Source: a virus (taxonomy: Duplodnaviria > Heunggongvirae > Uroviricota > Caudoviricetes). Taken from it: 64,000 bases of DNA. The notes beneath the pieces were generated by a model. The model searched no databases. It was not told the origin of the DNA and saw nothing but the letters and a program-made list of their open reading frames with translations. The position numbers and the translations under genes are program-made. The stretch covers positions 202,295-266,294 of IMG/VR virus record IMGVR_UViG_3300003310_000099; one strand, written 5' to 3'. Every line of letters starts with the position of its first letter. Positions within the stretch are counted from its first letter, which is position 1. This document shows, in pieces, positions 31,103 through 43,175 of this stretch.

Positions 31103-31437
31103 GGAATAAATTATGTGTATTATACCGAAATTTGTCAGTAATGAAGTAGCAGTCAAGTTAGCAGAGGCAAAGCAGCTTATTGAAAATGGCTGGTGTCAGC
31201 ATCTATTTGCAATTCAGCAAGATAAAGAACGTTTCAATTACTGTGTAGTTGGAGCAATGTATGCGACCTTAGATAGAGGTGAAGTATTTGATAAGATGGT
31301 CAATGCCTTCATCAATGCTAATGGGCTTCCATCCTCAGATTACATGATGGGCAAGACAACCAATATCACTAGCTGGAACGATGATAAAAATCGCACCAAA
31401 GAAGAAGTTCTAGCTGCATTTGACAAGGCGATAAATT

Positions 31438-31986
31438 ATGTTGGATAAACTAAAAGAAGCAATCCAGAAATTACCAGAGCTTTTGCAAGACCCAAATAAC
31501 TTTGATTCTTTGATCGTTAATAGGCGTAAACCACACACTTATAGAGTGTTTACGCATTTTAACGGTTATCGTATTTGTTTGCATAAATTTGATGTTTGTG
31601 ATAGGCACGAAGCGTTCCTCCACCCACATCCCTGGCCTGGCGCTTTTGCTATCTTACTTGGTAGCTATGAAATGGAAGTTGGGTATTCTGTATCTCGTAC
31701 AGAAAAACCTAATCATGTATTAAAAGTGGTATTGCTAGAAGGTAGTAGATACGAGATTACCAGTCCATTAACCTGGCATTCGGTCACGCCACTTGAGCCG
31801 ACTTATACGGTCATGGTTAATGGCGAACCTTGGGACGCTGAGACTGCCCATACAGACGTGCGGACCACTAAGGGCAAAGACTTGGATAGGATGGAGCCAG
31901 ATAAATTACTGCACCACCTGAAATCATTTAGGTTGCTGCTTCCTTTGCATGTTTGCCCAAAGTGCGGGGAAGGAGATAAAGCTTAG
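31438..31986 (+). CDS. cupin-like protein
   Basis: HPHPWP...YEME...WHSV. Confidence 0.5.
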   Translation: MLDKLKEAIQKLPELLQDPNNFDSLIVNRRKPHTYRVFTHFNGYRICLHKFDVCDRHEAFLHPHPWPGAFAILLGSYEMEVGYSVSRTEKPNHVLKVVLLEGSRYEITSPLTWHSVTPLEPTYTVMVNGEPWDAETAHTDVRTTKGKDLDRMEPDKLLHHLKSFRLLLPLHVCPKCGEGDKA

Positions 31987-31997
31987 CTGTACCGAGT
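31981..31997 (+). repeat. Dispersed element copy 4
   Basis: GCTTAGCTGTACCGAGT; supplies TAG stop of upstream gene. Confidence 0.9.
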
Positions 31998-32502
31998 GGT
32001 GCAAAGGAGGATTACATGGTAGTCCAAGATGAAAAAATGCTGGCTTGTTTTGTCAATTCTGAGCAACCACCGCTCAAAGTAAAACACCTGTGTTATTACA
32101 CTACACCGAACATTGAGAGTGATAAGATTAACCTCATGGAAGTGTATGAGGCACATTATCCGCATCCTGAAGCGCCAGATGATGCTATTATCCATCTTAC
32201 CACAACTAGACTGGTTAAGACACTAAGGCGTTCTGATTATGATTGTGCCCATGTCGTTCTGATGGAAGCACAACAGAAAGCGTGCCGATACATCGAAGTG
32301 AGGGGATAAAATGATTAAGATTTCTAATCCTGGTAGCGTGGTTTATCCAAATAAGTTCAAGCCTGGTGATAAGGCGAAGGTGCTTAAAGCGGTTGAATTC
32401 TGCGATGGCACCCGCCACACCAAGGGTCAAATTGTTCCCGTTACAGAACGCAACGTATCCTATTTCAATGTGTTTCATCAAGATCATGAATTGGAGAATT
32501 AA

Positions 32503-32932
32503 ATGGGCGTTGACTGCAAGATTCTGCTTCCCCACAATGTTCAAGTAAATGATGTTGCTGATATTATCGGCGTTGCGGCTGGTCTTAAAACCAGTCGCCG
32601 TCCTTTGAATCACAATGATGCTTGGTCGCTTGAAGTCCACGGCGTTGGCGTCAAGCCCTCAATCGTTCTGACTCTTGCTGACATTCAAATCACTGCACCA
32701 GATGGCACTTTTTTGGTTGGTTGATTTCTTCGGTGGTCGTATGGACTATCAAGATTGCGATGATTCATACGAAGATTATACCAAGTGGCCTAAGTCCAGT
32801 CGTCACAATCGTCCTCAAGATGGCAAGCCTTGGCAGAACTTCCAGAAGCGTATGGAAGCAGTCAAGCCTCTAACCAAGGAAGAACTTGAAACTTTCGATT
32901 GTTTTGCTGCATACAAACGAAAGGATATGTAA
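32503..32932 (+). pseudogene. Probable frameshifted/internally deleted gene
   Basis: ORF 32503-32724 stops at TTGGTTGGTTGA; protein-like LVDFFGGRMDYQDCDD continues in another frame without its own SD. Confidence 0.4.
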
Positions 32933-34136
32933 TGCGTCCACCTAATGCAAAAAGTGTGCAGGAAGCTGTTGAACAGCTAAAAGAGGCTGAAAGTCTCTTT
33001 CTGTATGCTCGTAAAGGCATGGGAATGTACAATCCAAAGGATGCTTGGGAGAATTTCAGGGCACATTGCCAACAGTTATCCCAATGGATCGAACATGGAC
33101 GTGGCGTTACCGAAGAAATGAAACCTGAATTAGTCAAGACGCTATTTGCGTCTGAAAAAATTCTAGGGGATAATGATAAATACGATCCGCGTAAACATTG
33201 AAGTCCTGATGGTTGTTCATTGTAGGAGGTTTCATTGATGAAAAAGGCTTTCTTTATCTATACTTCTGACGAAGACGGCTGCGTTGGTTTTAAGTGTGCT
33301 TTGGAAATTCCTGAAAGTATTCACACATATGAAGATGCAATTAATCATCTGCATCCTATTCTTGCCAGTCCAGAGTTCGTCAAGGATTTGATTGAAGGTG
33401 ATGCTCTGGATGATGATTTGTTCATGGGGCATAAGTTCAAGCTTACCTATTGCGGGTATCGCAACTATAATTTGGAATATGAATTCCAATACTGTGGCGA
33501 TGAAGAAATTGATGAAGATGAATTGTATCCAACACAGATTCACTACAAGGACATGGATTTCATTACCATTTGGTGATTATGGACCAATTATTTGAAAAAG
33601 CTTTGTATCTCGCCAATGATTTGAGTGGGATTAACAACACTGGCATGGCTTCTGTCAGAGTCCAGTGGCATCCTTATGAATGTCATTGGGAAGGCGAAGC
33701 TAATTGGAGTTGTAATACTCGGCTGGTAGCTCATGGTGACAGTCCAACCGATGCTGTTCTAGCATTGATTGATCTATTAGAAGATGAAAAAGAGCAAAAG
33801 GGTTGGCGTGAGTTATCGAAGCAATCCTTGAAAGATTGGGCTAATTAATGTACACTTATAGGCTTTACAATAAAGATACAAAGGCATTAAGTGTAAAGAG
33901 ACTCAGAACGTCGTAGAGATTTAGAAAATGAAAGAAATCATTATTGGACTTGTTGCCTTCATCATAGGTATGACATTTTATGTCAGCTATAATCGTCCCT
34001 ATTACGAAATGCGTGGTGTATTAGTAGTCGAATGGCGTCCTTTGGGGGTTGGGTTTTCTTACACTTGGAGCGGCCCTGGTTTCTGCGAAAATTATCCGCC
34101 TGAGTGGAACATTTACCGTGGTACAGTGAGGTTCAA

Positions 34137-35066
34137 ATGATCGTTCTCATTATGGGCTACAATGCTGCTGGCAAAAGCACTTTGGTTGAAAACTATACCA
34201 AAGATGGTTTTCATCGTGTAAACCGTGATGAACTTGGCGGCAAACTCGACAATCTTCCCCTAATCGTTGCCGATCTGCATAAGAAAGGCACAAAGAAGTT
34301 CGTATTAGACAATACTTATGCGGATATTGAGAGCCGTAAGAGTATTATTGAATGCGCAAAGAAACTCAAGCTGCCCATCAAGTGTGTGCTGCTTGACACC
34401 AGTTTCGAGGATGCTCAATTCAATGCCTGTACGCGGATGGTCCGTAAGGTTGGCAGGTTGATGGACCCCGAAGATTTCAAAACGTGCAAAGACCCTAATT
34501 TATTCCCTCCTGTTGCTTTATTTTCCTATAAAAAGCGTTTTCAGAAGCCCACTACTGCCGAAGGGTTTGAATCGGTAGAGAAGGTGCCATTTGTTCGCAA
34601 GAAAGACCCAAAGTATTGCAATAAGGCTCTTATTTTGGATTATGATGATTGTTTAAGGGTGTCGAAAACTGAACAAGGCTATCCTATTAAACCATCAGAT
34701 TTGAAGATTTTACCAGGACGTAAAGAAAAGCTTGCTGAATACGTCAAAAATGGCTATAGGTTGTTAGGAGCTTCTAATCAATCTGGTATTGCTAAGGGCA
34801 TCCTTACTGTTCAGCAAGCTGTGGATTGTTTTGAAGAAACTAACCGTTTATTGGGTCATAATATTGACTATTTTTTCTGTAGACATTCCATACCTCCTGT
34901 TGTATGCTATTGTCGGAAGCCACAGGTAGGAATTTTTGTGCATTTTCGAGAAAAATATTTTCTTGATCCAGCACAATGTATTTTTGTAGGCGATCAAAAA
35001 ACCGATGAAACCTTTGCGGTCAGATGTGGAATGAAATTTTATTACGCAAATGAATTTTTTCAATAG
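34137..35066 (+). CDS. Polynucleotide kinase/3'-phosphatase (Pnk-like)
   Basis: P-loop GYNAAGKST, VNRD, VLDNT; HAD domain ILDYDD, SNQSG, CRKP, FVGD. Confidence 0.85.
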   Translation: MIVLIMGYNAAGKSTLVENYTKDGFHRVNRDELGGKLDNLPLIVADLHKKGTKKFVLDNTYADIESRKSIIECAKKLKLPIKCVLLDTSFEDAQFNACTRMVRKVGRLMDPEDFKTCKDPNLFPPVALFSYKKRFQKPTTAEGFESVEKVPFVRKKDPKYCNKALILDYDDCLRVSKTEQGYPIKPSDLKILPGRKEKLAEYVKNGYRLLGASNQSGIAKGILTVQQAVDCFEETNRLLGHNIDYFFCRHSIPPVVCYCRKPQVGIFVHFREKYFLDPAQCIFVGDQKTDETFAVRCGMKFYYANEFFQ

Positions 35067-35067
35067 T

Positions 35068-35928
35068 ATGTCTAATTTTATAGTTAAGTGCAACCAATGT
35101 AATGGTGAAATTGATGTTAAGACAAAGGCTAGGCTTGATAAGATTAAAAAACAATCTTATCTGTGTAAGATTTGTATTATAGAAAATAAAAGTAGGATTT
35201 GTCCAAAATGTAATGGTAAGATATTATATCAATCGCCGTATTCTAAAAGACAAGCAGAGGTTAAAAATTCTATATGTAAAAAATGTTGTTCCAATCAAAT
35301 ACCCAATATTTTTACAGATAATCAAAAAGAATTCATTGATGGTTTGTTGTTAGGTGATGCGAGCATTGTATACCCAAGTAAAAATTCTATTTATCCCAGA
35401 TTGACTTTATCCAGAAAAGCAGAGGATAAGGATTATTTATTTTGGCAATATGATGTATTCAGAGATTTTTATACTGATACTGGACCCACACCTAAGAACT
35501 TTTTTGACTATAGAACTGGAAAAACATATTTTCAATATCATTTACAAAGCAAAAGTGGTGAAGTTTTTACTGAGTATTATAAAAAGTGGTATCCAAATAA
35601 AAAGAAGATTATTCCAAGGGACTTAAAACTTACTCCGACAACATTGCTGGTTTGGTTTTTGGATGATGGAACAATTATTCGTGTCTCTGATGCCAACCTA
35701 ACACTTTGGTTAGCCACCAATGGATTTTGCGAAGAGGATGTTCGCTTTCTTGGCGAAGCTCTGCAAGCCTATTTTGGTCAAGGTTTTCATGTATATGGCA
35801 ATAGTAATAGAGGATACAAAATTAAATGCTCTACAGAATCAACGTTAAAATTTATTAAAGCCATCGACCCTGTTTTTCCAAATTGCATGAAGAGAAAAAG
35901 AACATGGGAATGGCGACCAACAAACTGA
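35068..35928 (+). CDS. LAGLIDADG homing endonuclease with N-terminal Zn ribbons
   Basis: FIDGLLLGDASI and LLVWFLDDG motifs; KKWYPNKKKIIP. Confidence 0.85.
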   Translation: MSNFIVKCNQCNGEIDVKTKARLDKIKKQSYLCKICIIENKSRICPKCNGKILYQSPYSKRQAEVKNSICKKCCSNQIPNIFTDNQKEFIDGLLLGDASIVYPSKNSIYPRLTLSRKAEDKDYLFWQYDVFRDFYTDTGPTPKNFFDYRTGKTYFQYHLQSKSGEVFTEYYKKWYPNKKKIIPRDLKLTPTTLLVWFLDDGTIIRVSDANLTLWLATNGFCEEDVRFLGEALQAYFGQGFHVYGNSNRGYKIKCSTESTLKFIKAIDPVFPNCMKRKRTWEWRPTN

Positions 35929-35982
35929 TTCTACCTTTCCACCAGATGCGGATTTGTTTTTGCTAAGGATTTTTTTAAGTAA
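35912..35982 (+). pseudogene. Relic of original pnk 3' end
   Basis: Reads GDQQTDSTF/TRCGFVFAKDFFK* vs pnk GDQKTDETFAVRCGMKFYYANEFFQ*. Confidence 0.75.
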
Positions 35983-36461
35983 TGGAAATTTTCAAACCTG
36001 TCATCGGGCTTTATGCTTGGGGAACTTGGTGGGATAATCAAGCAGGAACCAACATTGAGTTTGGTAATCCATCAATGGTGGTGCATAAAGAAAAACTGCA
36101 CAGTAAAGGGCCATCCGCTGGCAAAAGAAGTCGATGGGTTCAAATTAAAGGTGAATGCGGCTTACATTTATGGCTGACTTCATGGACTATCATGGAGGAT
36201 AATGACGTAGCTGCCACGATTGATTCTCCATATGAAGGTAATTTCAATTCAATTAAGGCCGCTTTGCATAGGTTAGAAGGCAAGAAGTTAGAATCTATTG
36301 ATATAGATTCTAATGCTACCACCACATTTAGTTTTGATTTAGGTGGAAAGTTGATATGCAAAAGATTTGACGAGTGGAAGTCCGATGAAGAGTTGTGGTG
36401 CTTGCGTACTCCTGGCAAATTTCATGTCTGTTACGCAGATGGAAGCATACGAACCAGTTAA
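35982..36461 (+). CDS. hypothetical protein
   Basis: ORF coupled (TAATG) to pnk relic stop. Confidence 0.55.
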   Translation: MEIFKPVIGLYAWGTWWDNQAGTNIEFGNPSMVVHKEKLHSKGPSAGKRSRWVQIKGECGLHLWLTSWTIMEDNDVAATIDSPYEGNFNSIKAALHRLEGKKLESIDIDSNATTTFSFDLGGKLICKRFDEWKSDEELWCLRTPGKFHVCYADGSIRTS

Positions 36462-37684
36462 ATGAATAAGAAATCTATCATTCCTTTGTATGATCGTAAA
36501 ATTTATTGGAATATACTTAAAGACTGTGCAGCTATGTTCGGCATGAGTAAAAAAGACATTAATGCACAAGTCAAAAAGTTAAAATCAGAATTGTTTAACG
36601 ATGATTTATTTTATCACCATGAACCACTATATTGGGCAGCAAGTTGGGCTGGAATAGATAATCCAGACGATTATCATACCCAATATAGAGAAATACAGAA
36701 AAAATATTATGGATGACATGGACACATGAAAAATCGCATTGCAGACATTTTGGACATATCCAAAATGACGGACGAACAAAAAAAGCAACAGGAAGAGGAC
36801 TTCCTAGCCAAGTCCTATATTTGCGATAAGTGTAGAAACTTACATATGTCCAGTGAAAACCTGGATGGCAATGTCTGCTTTCCACCAATGGGCGATCATC
36901 ATTGCGATGGCATTTTGCGTAAAGCAAGAAGCCTGGATGATGTATTTGGACCAGCAACAAAGGAAGAGAATCGAAATGAGTGAAGAAATCCTACGTCGCT
37001 GGTATAAGGCTCATAAGACGGCGGAAGAGAATCCTAAACTTCTCCTGCGTAACGTCGGTGTCAAAGAATGTACTCGCATTAGCAAACTTTGCGGCGACCG
37101 CATGAAAGAATGCGCTGCGGCGGATGAAGAACTTCTAAAGGTAGAAGGCATTCCTCTCGTCAATCTATTCAAGGAAGCTACCGCCAATCGACCAAAATGT
37201 GGATGTACTTTAGGTGCATTTCGTGGTAGTTATCACCCTGAATGCTGGTGTAGGCTCAAGGAATGGTTTGCATATAGAGACGCTTTGATGGTTTTCATTT
37301 TTGAGAATTACATCAGAGATACGGAATACATGCAGGAGTATCGGCTTGCAGAAAGATTGCAGGCAGAAGATATCGGTGAGAATTTGTTAAGAAGAATGAA
37401 TCATTGGCCTGCATTGAGTGATACTTTGGAAGCAATGTCTCATCAAGATTATGCCGATCTTGAGGAAGAAATAGTCTCGATGATAGAGAGGAGTTTATAA
37501 ATGGACTTTTTCACAAGCTGCGGTCATTGTGGGTTCATGCACAGTGGCGTTTGCCCAAGAATCAAATCTATAGAATACTATGAAAATGGCATGATTAAGA
37601 AAATTGAGTATCATGGTCCTAATGAGCAACAGATGCCTCAGTACGATGATGAAGACGTACATGATGGCGTGCTACCTTTTTAGC

Positions 37685-37712
37685 TTTACAGATGCTGTTT
37701 TTGTAGTAGACT
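37685..37712 (+). promoter_or_regulatory. sigma70-like promoter
   Basis: TTTACA-N16-TAGACT. Confidence 0.5.
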
Positions 37713-37909
37713 AGGAGTGTATGATGCCTCGTAGAGTCTTCTATGTGGATATTTCTAACCTTCTGGATCGGTGGTTTTTCTTCACTGACCTTGATAACTT
37801 CATGGGTTTTTTTAGTAAATCCAAAACCCGTCCAATTCCAGAAGTGGTAAAAGAATGGAATGACAAGTACGCAAAGCATCCAAAACAGTATGTTTTTTGT
37901 AGGTGAAAC

Positions 37910-38113
37910 ATGGAATGCGATGAATTCCTTTACATTATTCGAAATCACAGCCCGCAGGATATCGTTCAAGCAGAGCGAATCATGATGATTTGCCACTTGA
38001 AGGAATGTGAATCTTGTGCGAAGCTTATTGGCGAACAAATCAAATTGCATGGTGTAGTAAATGACGATGAAATTAAGAGATTGTCAGCAATGGATAGAGA
38101 GGTGGTGAACTAA
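37910..38113 (+). CDS. ZAS (zf-HC2) anti-sigma-like mini-protein
   Basis: MECDEF...HLKECESC (C...HxxxCxxC). Confidence 0.55.
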   Translation: MECDEFLYIIRNHSPQDIVQAERIMMICHLKECESCAKLIGEQIKLHGVVNDDEIKRLSAMDREVVN

Positions 38114-38598
38114 TGGCTACTGTGGTTATGCAACGATGGCTAGAGAGTGAACGTGGTTGGAGCATAAGAGACGACGGAGTAAGTCTGCACCTAAGCGAAA
38201 AAGATCGTGTAGCTTATTGCAAACAATATTGGGCTGATGAAAAGAAAAGGAATACAACAGGTGAAGTGCCTGATGAGTATTCCAGGGAAGATGGCAGTCC
38301 AGTCTTGATTGATTTGGATAAGCGTAGTAAACTCTACAAGGATTTGGTGAAGTCCAAGCATGGTATTCGAGTTTACGGAGCATCCAAATGGCTAAAACAA
38401 TCAGTGTAGACTCAAAACAATTTGAAATGCTTTTCCAGCAGACTTTGGACAAACTGGAATTAGCGGCACTGAATGCTAATAAGCATAATTTTAACCCTGA
38501 AAGTCAAGCTATTCGTGACTTGCATCGGGCGTTCCACTATTATGTTCACGAATTGAAAAGGAATCTGGAAGATGCACCAGCAGGTTAATATATAGTGC

Positions 38599-38823
38599 AT
38601 GATTACATTTACAACATGGCTAGAACGACGTGAAGGCGTTGGGTCTAAAATCTTGGCATTAGCACTGCCAATGGGTTCAGCAATAGCAGGTGGCGCAGCT
38701 GGTTTAGCTGCGGGTGGACCAGCAGGAGTATTACCAGGATGGCTTCTTGGTAAAAAATTAGGGGTCAAAGGTTCTGAAAAGCTTTTCCCACAAAGCACAG
38801 CAGAACTGATGAAAAAGAAATGA
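38599..38823 (+). CDS. small Gly-zipper protein, possible internal head protein
   Basis: MITFTTWLERRE; GGAAGLAAGGPAG; TATATA upstream. Confidence 0.5.
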   Translation: MITFTTWLERREGVGSKILALALPMGSAIAGGAAGLAAGGPAGVLPGWLLGKKLGVKGSEKLFPQSTAELMKKK

Positions 38824-39003
38824 CCGAAGAAGACATTGCTAAGATCAAGGAAATCCTTTTAGAAGAGATTGTAAGTAAGCTTACGATTTCATTAAGTCAA
38901 GAGGGTGACAACTATGGTGGTCCAGGTGGCTCTCTTAGTGTCTGTCTAAGATACGATGGTCAAATAATTGGGCAAGATTCAGTTTCTTATTAGGAGTTAA
39001 ACA

Positions 39004-39198
39004 ATGAGAACTGCACAATTTGAAGGCAATATCCCGATGGCATTTTCTCTTGAGGATGCAGTAGCTAATTCTCTTATTGAGAAGGCCACTGAGCATTCCA
39101 AGAAAACAAAGAAGACCGCATCCAGTTTTGTCAACGAAGTATTAAAGTTGGCACTCAAAAACCAGGATATTCTTAATGCGGTGGAGAATGGAAACTGA
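39004..39198 (+). CDS. possible ribbon-helix-helix DNA-binding protein
   Basis: MAFSLEDAVANSL...TASSFVNEVLKLAL pattern; AGGAG SD. Confidence 0.4.
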   Translation: MRTAQFEGNIPMAFSLEDAVANSLIEKATEHSKKTKKTASSFVNEVLKLALKNQDILNAVENGN

Positions 39199-41916
39199 AA
39201 TTTTAGATTCCAAAGTGGTTTGTACCATATTGGAAGTGGTAATAGACGATTATCTAAAGGCTGACACCTTTTATAATCGTCTATTTAACCATAAAAAGAT
39301 CGCAGAAGCCAAGAAAGAATTGTTCAAAGTTTACCAAATGGCCTGTTCACAATTAAACCTGAAATATAACTCAGAACTACAAGAGTTAGTGGAAGGTATC
39401 GAGGAGGTTTTGTAAATGTGTGAGAATTGCAAGAAGCAACGTAATGTTGTTGCTTGTTCCGTCTGTGGCAAGAAGACTTGCGACCGTTGTGGGCTTAATG
39501 TGATTCATGAAAACGGTCCTTGGGTATGCGTCGGTGGTGGAAAGTGTCACTTCATCGCTCGTCAGCAACCTTTGGTGAAGAAATGATGCTTAAAATCATG
39601 CAACCAGCATACATTCCTATTTCACAGGAATTGTATGCGGTTATAGAAAAGTATTTCTCCAAGAACAGGCGGTATTGTTGTCAGGATATTCAGGAAGCAA
39701 CCGAACCTGGGACTAAATTATCCGACGAAGCAGACCAGTTGCGCGCCCAATACGGGCAGTTTTACTTCACGTTATATGATGAATAATGGATAAGCGGAAA
39801 AAAGATAAAGTATGTCCTAAATGCCACGTCTCTGGGTTTATCCACGATGGCTGGACATGCACTGGTCGCCCTCACTTCACCTGCCAAGGTTGCAAATCCG
39901 ACTGGACTTGTGGTAATAAGGACGGCAAACCTTATTACGATAATGCTTTAAGCCATCCAGACAAAATCATCATTCTAGGCTGGACGCAGGAAGATTACGA
40001 TTGTTATAATCTCAGTGTTGAGAATGGGGTTGTTCGTTTTGAGAGAAAGTAATGGGATTAAGCAAATTACCCATTGGCACACCCATCAGGAGGGTAAAAA
40101 CAGAACCTAAAGGTTCTGGTGCCTTTTCCTGAATGGCTCATTCATTCGGGCGTACAGTTAGTGCGCCTAAACACATGAAGAATGAAGTGGGCGACGGTCC
40201 CTCTGGCATTTGTGTATTACTTCATTGTCAGTGCATGAACCAAAAAATGAGCAAAATGCACAAACCTTGGTATAAGGGCGAATATGAGATTCTAACAGAG
40301 AAAGAATACCAAATGTTAGTGCGATATCATGATGAAACATGCAACGTTCTCAAAGAGACAGAATGTCAAATGTTGGTAAGGTATAAAAATGCTTAAAGAA
40401 ATAACAACGACTGTGGAAGTATGTGATGTTTGTGAAAAATATCCAATGCGTTATCGTTGTCAAGGATGTTCTAAATCAGTTTGTCATAATTGCGTCAATG
40501 ATTTCACTCAGTTTCAACGTAGAGTCAGAACTAGTAGTTTGTATACAATAAAATTTTGCCCTGAGTGTATTAAAGTGGAAACACCTTTAATTAAACAGCT
40601 TCAAAGGATTAGTGATTTAAGCAAGGAGTGGTGGGCTTTGTGTGAAAAGTATGATAAATTAGCAGAAGAAGCTGAGTATGGTATTGAGGTTGATTAATGC
40701 ACCCTACACCCCGAAAGCCTATGCGAACCTTGGAAGGTGCCATAGGTAAAAAGCCTTGTGAGATTAAACTGCAAAGTATATTGCAGGAGTTGGGGGATCG
40801 TGTAGCAGTCAACAAAGTATTCGGCACACTATTAGATTTTCGTGAAGGTTTGAAACAAATTGGACATATCCCCGACAAGAAATGGCGTGGGCGTTGCTGG
40901 ATAGAACTTAAAGATAAAACCGCTCAACGATTTACTAATTTATATAAGACTTATGGCTGGCCTGAGACATTATACACTCATGCTTTATGTTGTATGACAG
41001 CTTATTTTAGAGAAACATGGAATAATGACAAATGACCCCTTTTATTATACTATATTTAGCAATTGGGTTTTTAATTGCCGCCAATGCCCTTAAATTACTC
41101 GATGGACTTCCAACCTGGGCTAAGGTTGCTGCATTTACATTTGACTTATTTCTCTGGCCCATGCATCTTTTAATCAGTGTACTTATAATTTTAGTAGCTA
41201 GGAGATAATATGAGAAAGTTTTTTGCTTGTGTGTTAGTTGTGCTTGCTCTGCTCAATTGCAGTTGTGGTGTATTCGTTGCTGAGCGTATGATGGACAAAA
41301 TGACCGAAATGATGGAGAAGATGGCTGAGCTTCAATTGAAGATTGAAAAAGAACGGCGTGCCCAAATCTACACCATTGAAGGTGTAGTAGCAAAAGTAGA
41401 AATGCTTACAGTAGAAAGAGAACTGGAAGCTGCCAAAGAGATGGATAAAGAACTTAAAGCAGAGAAAAATATAAAGATCAATACGAAAAGGACTTATAAG
41501 GTTTACAATGTCATTTTTGAAGATGGTAGGGAAAAGGAATTTAGTGCTGTGCCTTCCAAGCCATTAGAGGCTGGTGTTGCCTATATTATCACCTACAATG
41601 GCATGAACGAGATTACTGAAATTAAGAAGGTACAACCATGAAATGGAAAGTATATGAACCGACTCCTGGCCCGCCTTTAATGAACTGTAAAGGCGTCAGC
41701 TATATGGGTTATGGGATAAAACGCAATGGTCAGTTCCTTGATAAAGAAGATGACATTAAGGATGGCGATACGTTTGCTATACTTGGTGGAGAGGATTGGA
41801 TTGTAGAAAATAATAAGCGTTGGGGTAGGAACGGCACAACTTATTGTGCTTTAGAGTTTGCTAAAGACGACAGGAAATGTTGGGTGGCGGCTGGTTTCTG
41901 GTACTGCCCACAGAAA

Positions 41917-41932
41917 GCTTAGCTGTACCGAG
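41917..41932 (+). repeat. Dispersed element copy 5
   Basis: GCTTAGCTGTACCGAG; supplies TAG stop of upstream gene. Confidence 0.9.
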
Positions 41933-42078
41933 GGAGTTGAAATGAGACAGTTCATGTTTGGTTTGGTGGCGGGTCTTTTTATTGGCAGCGGAGTAACTTA
42001 CATCGTTGCTGATTATTATTGGCCTACAGTAAAAATCAGAGTTCAGAGTGGTCCTAATCCATTCTATGGAAGGTAAAA

Positions 42079-42612
42079 ATGAGTATTGTTGAAAATGCTG
42101 AGAAGATTGCACGCAAGGCTCACGAAGGACAGCTTCGTAAGTGGAGTGCTAACGTCCCCTATATCGTTCACCCGATTGGGGTTGCGGAAAAGGTTAAGAG
42201 TCTTTCTAATGTCGATGATATCGACATTGCAGCAGCACTTTTGCATGATGTTCTTGAAGATTGTGGGGAACATTGGGCATCCGTTATCGAGGAAGAAGTT
42301 GGTCGTGAAGTTCTTGACCTTGTGCGAGAATTAACGTTCCCCACCGAAGGCGAAGAGTGGGCTGGACGTTCGCGGGCTGAAAAGAATGTCATTCGTTTCG
42401 CACAAATGGAGCGAATGAGTTCCAAAGCCAAGAAGATCAAGATGGTTGACCGTTGGTATAATCTGAATGATATGAAGAATGCACCTTACAAGCTTATCAA
42501 GAAGACTGTTGATGAGTCTTGGAAGCTCCTTGAAATCTGCGGTGCCGCAGACAAGGAAATGGCAAAGGATTTGGAAGAGGCTATCAAGAATCTGGAAAGG
42601 CGGCTCAACTAA
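42079..42612 (+). CDS. HD-domain small alarmone hydrolase (Mesh1/SpoT-like)
   Basis: AHEGQLRK, PYIVHP, AALLHDVLED, IKMVDRWYNL. Confidence 0.85.
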   Translation: MSIVENAEKIARKAHEGQLRKWSANVPYIVHPIGVAEKVKSLSNVDDIDIAAALLHDVLEDCGEHWASVIEEEVGREVLDLVRELTFPTEGEEWAGRSRAEKNVIRFAQMERMSSKAKKIKMVDRWYNLNDMKNAPYKLIKKTVDESWKLLEICGAADKEMAKDLEEAIKNLERRLN

Positions 42613-43107
42613 TGTATCACGAATTCCGAAACACGAATCGTAGCGGTTGGAAGTACACTTACACTGGTAAGGAATTACTTCCTTTTGCCAAGCTCTGTCT
42701 TGCCAACTACTACAAGGCAGAGTCTCAGGCGCGGGCAGAAATGTCCAAGCTGATTCAGGATATGCGTCGTAATCAGGATGATCCTGCACTGGTTCAGTGC
42801 CGTAAGGACATTGAATCTAATGGGTCTATGCGGGAAGAGTTGATGGTGTTCGTGCATGAGTTCACTCGTCAACCCGACCGTGAATATTATCTTGCTTTGG
42901 GCGATGTGGTATTCTTCGGGATGCTGGATACTCCAGAGGAGTTGATGAAGTAATGGAAGCCTCATTTTTAATGGCTATAATGACAATAGCATTGTCGTTG
43001 GTAGTTTTCAAAATGTTGGGGCTAATTTCAAAAGTTCTGAAAAAGAAGCCATCCCTTTATCAAGGGATTCCAGTCGAGTATTTGGAAAAATACCCGTTGA
43101 ACTGAAA

Positions 43108-43124
43108 GCTTAGCTGTACCTAGT
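43108..43124 (+). repeat. Dispersed element copy 6
   Basis: GCTTAGCTGTACCTAGT. Confidence 0.9.
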
Positions 43125-43126
43125 GG

Positions 43127-43155
43127 TTTACAAGTGTTGTTTTTCGTGGTAAAGT
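43127..43155 (+). promoter_or_regulatory. sigma70-like promoter (extended -10)
   Basis: TTTACA-N17-TAAAGT with TG. Confidence 0.6.
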
Positions 43156-43175
43156 AATACAAGGGAGGTTCTATT

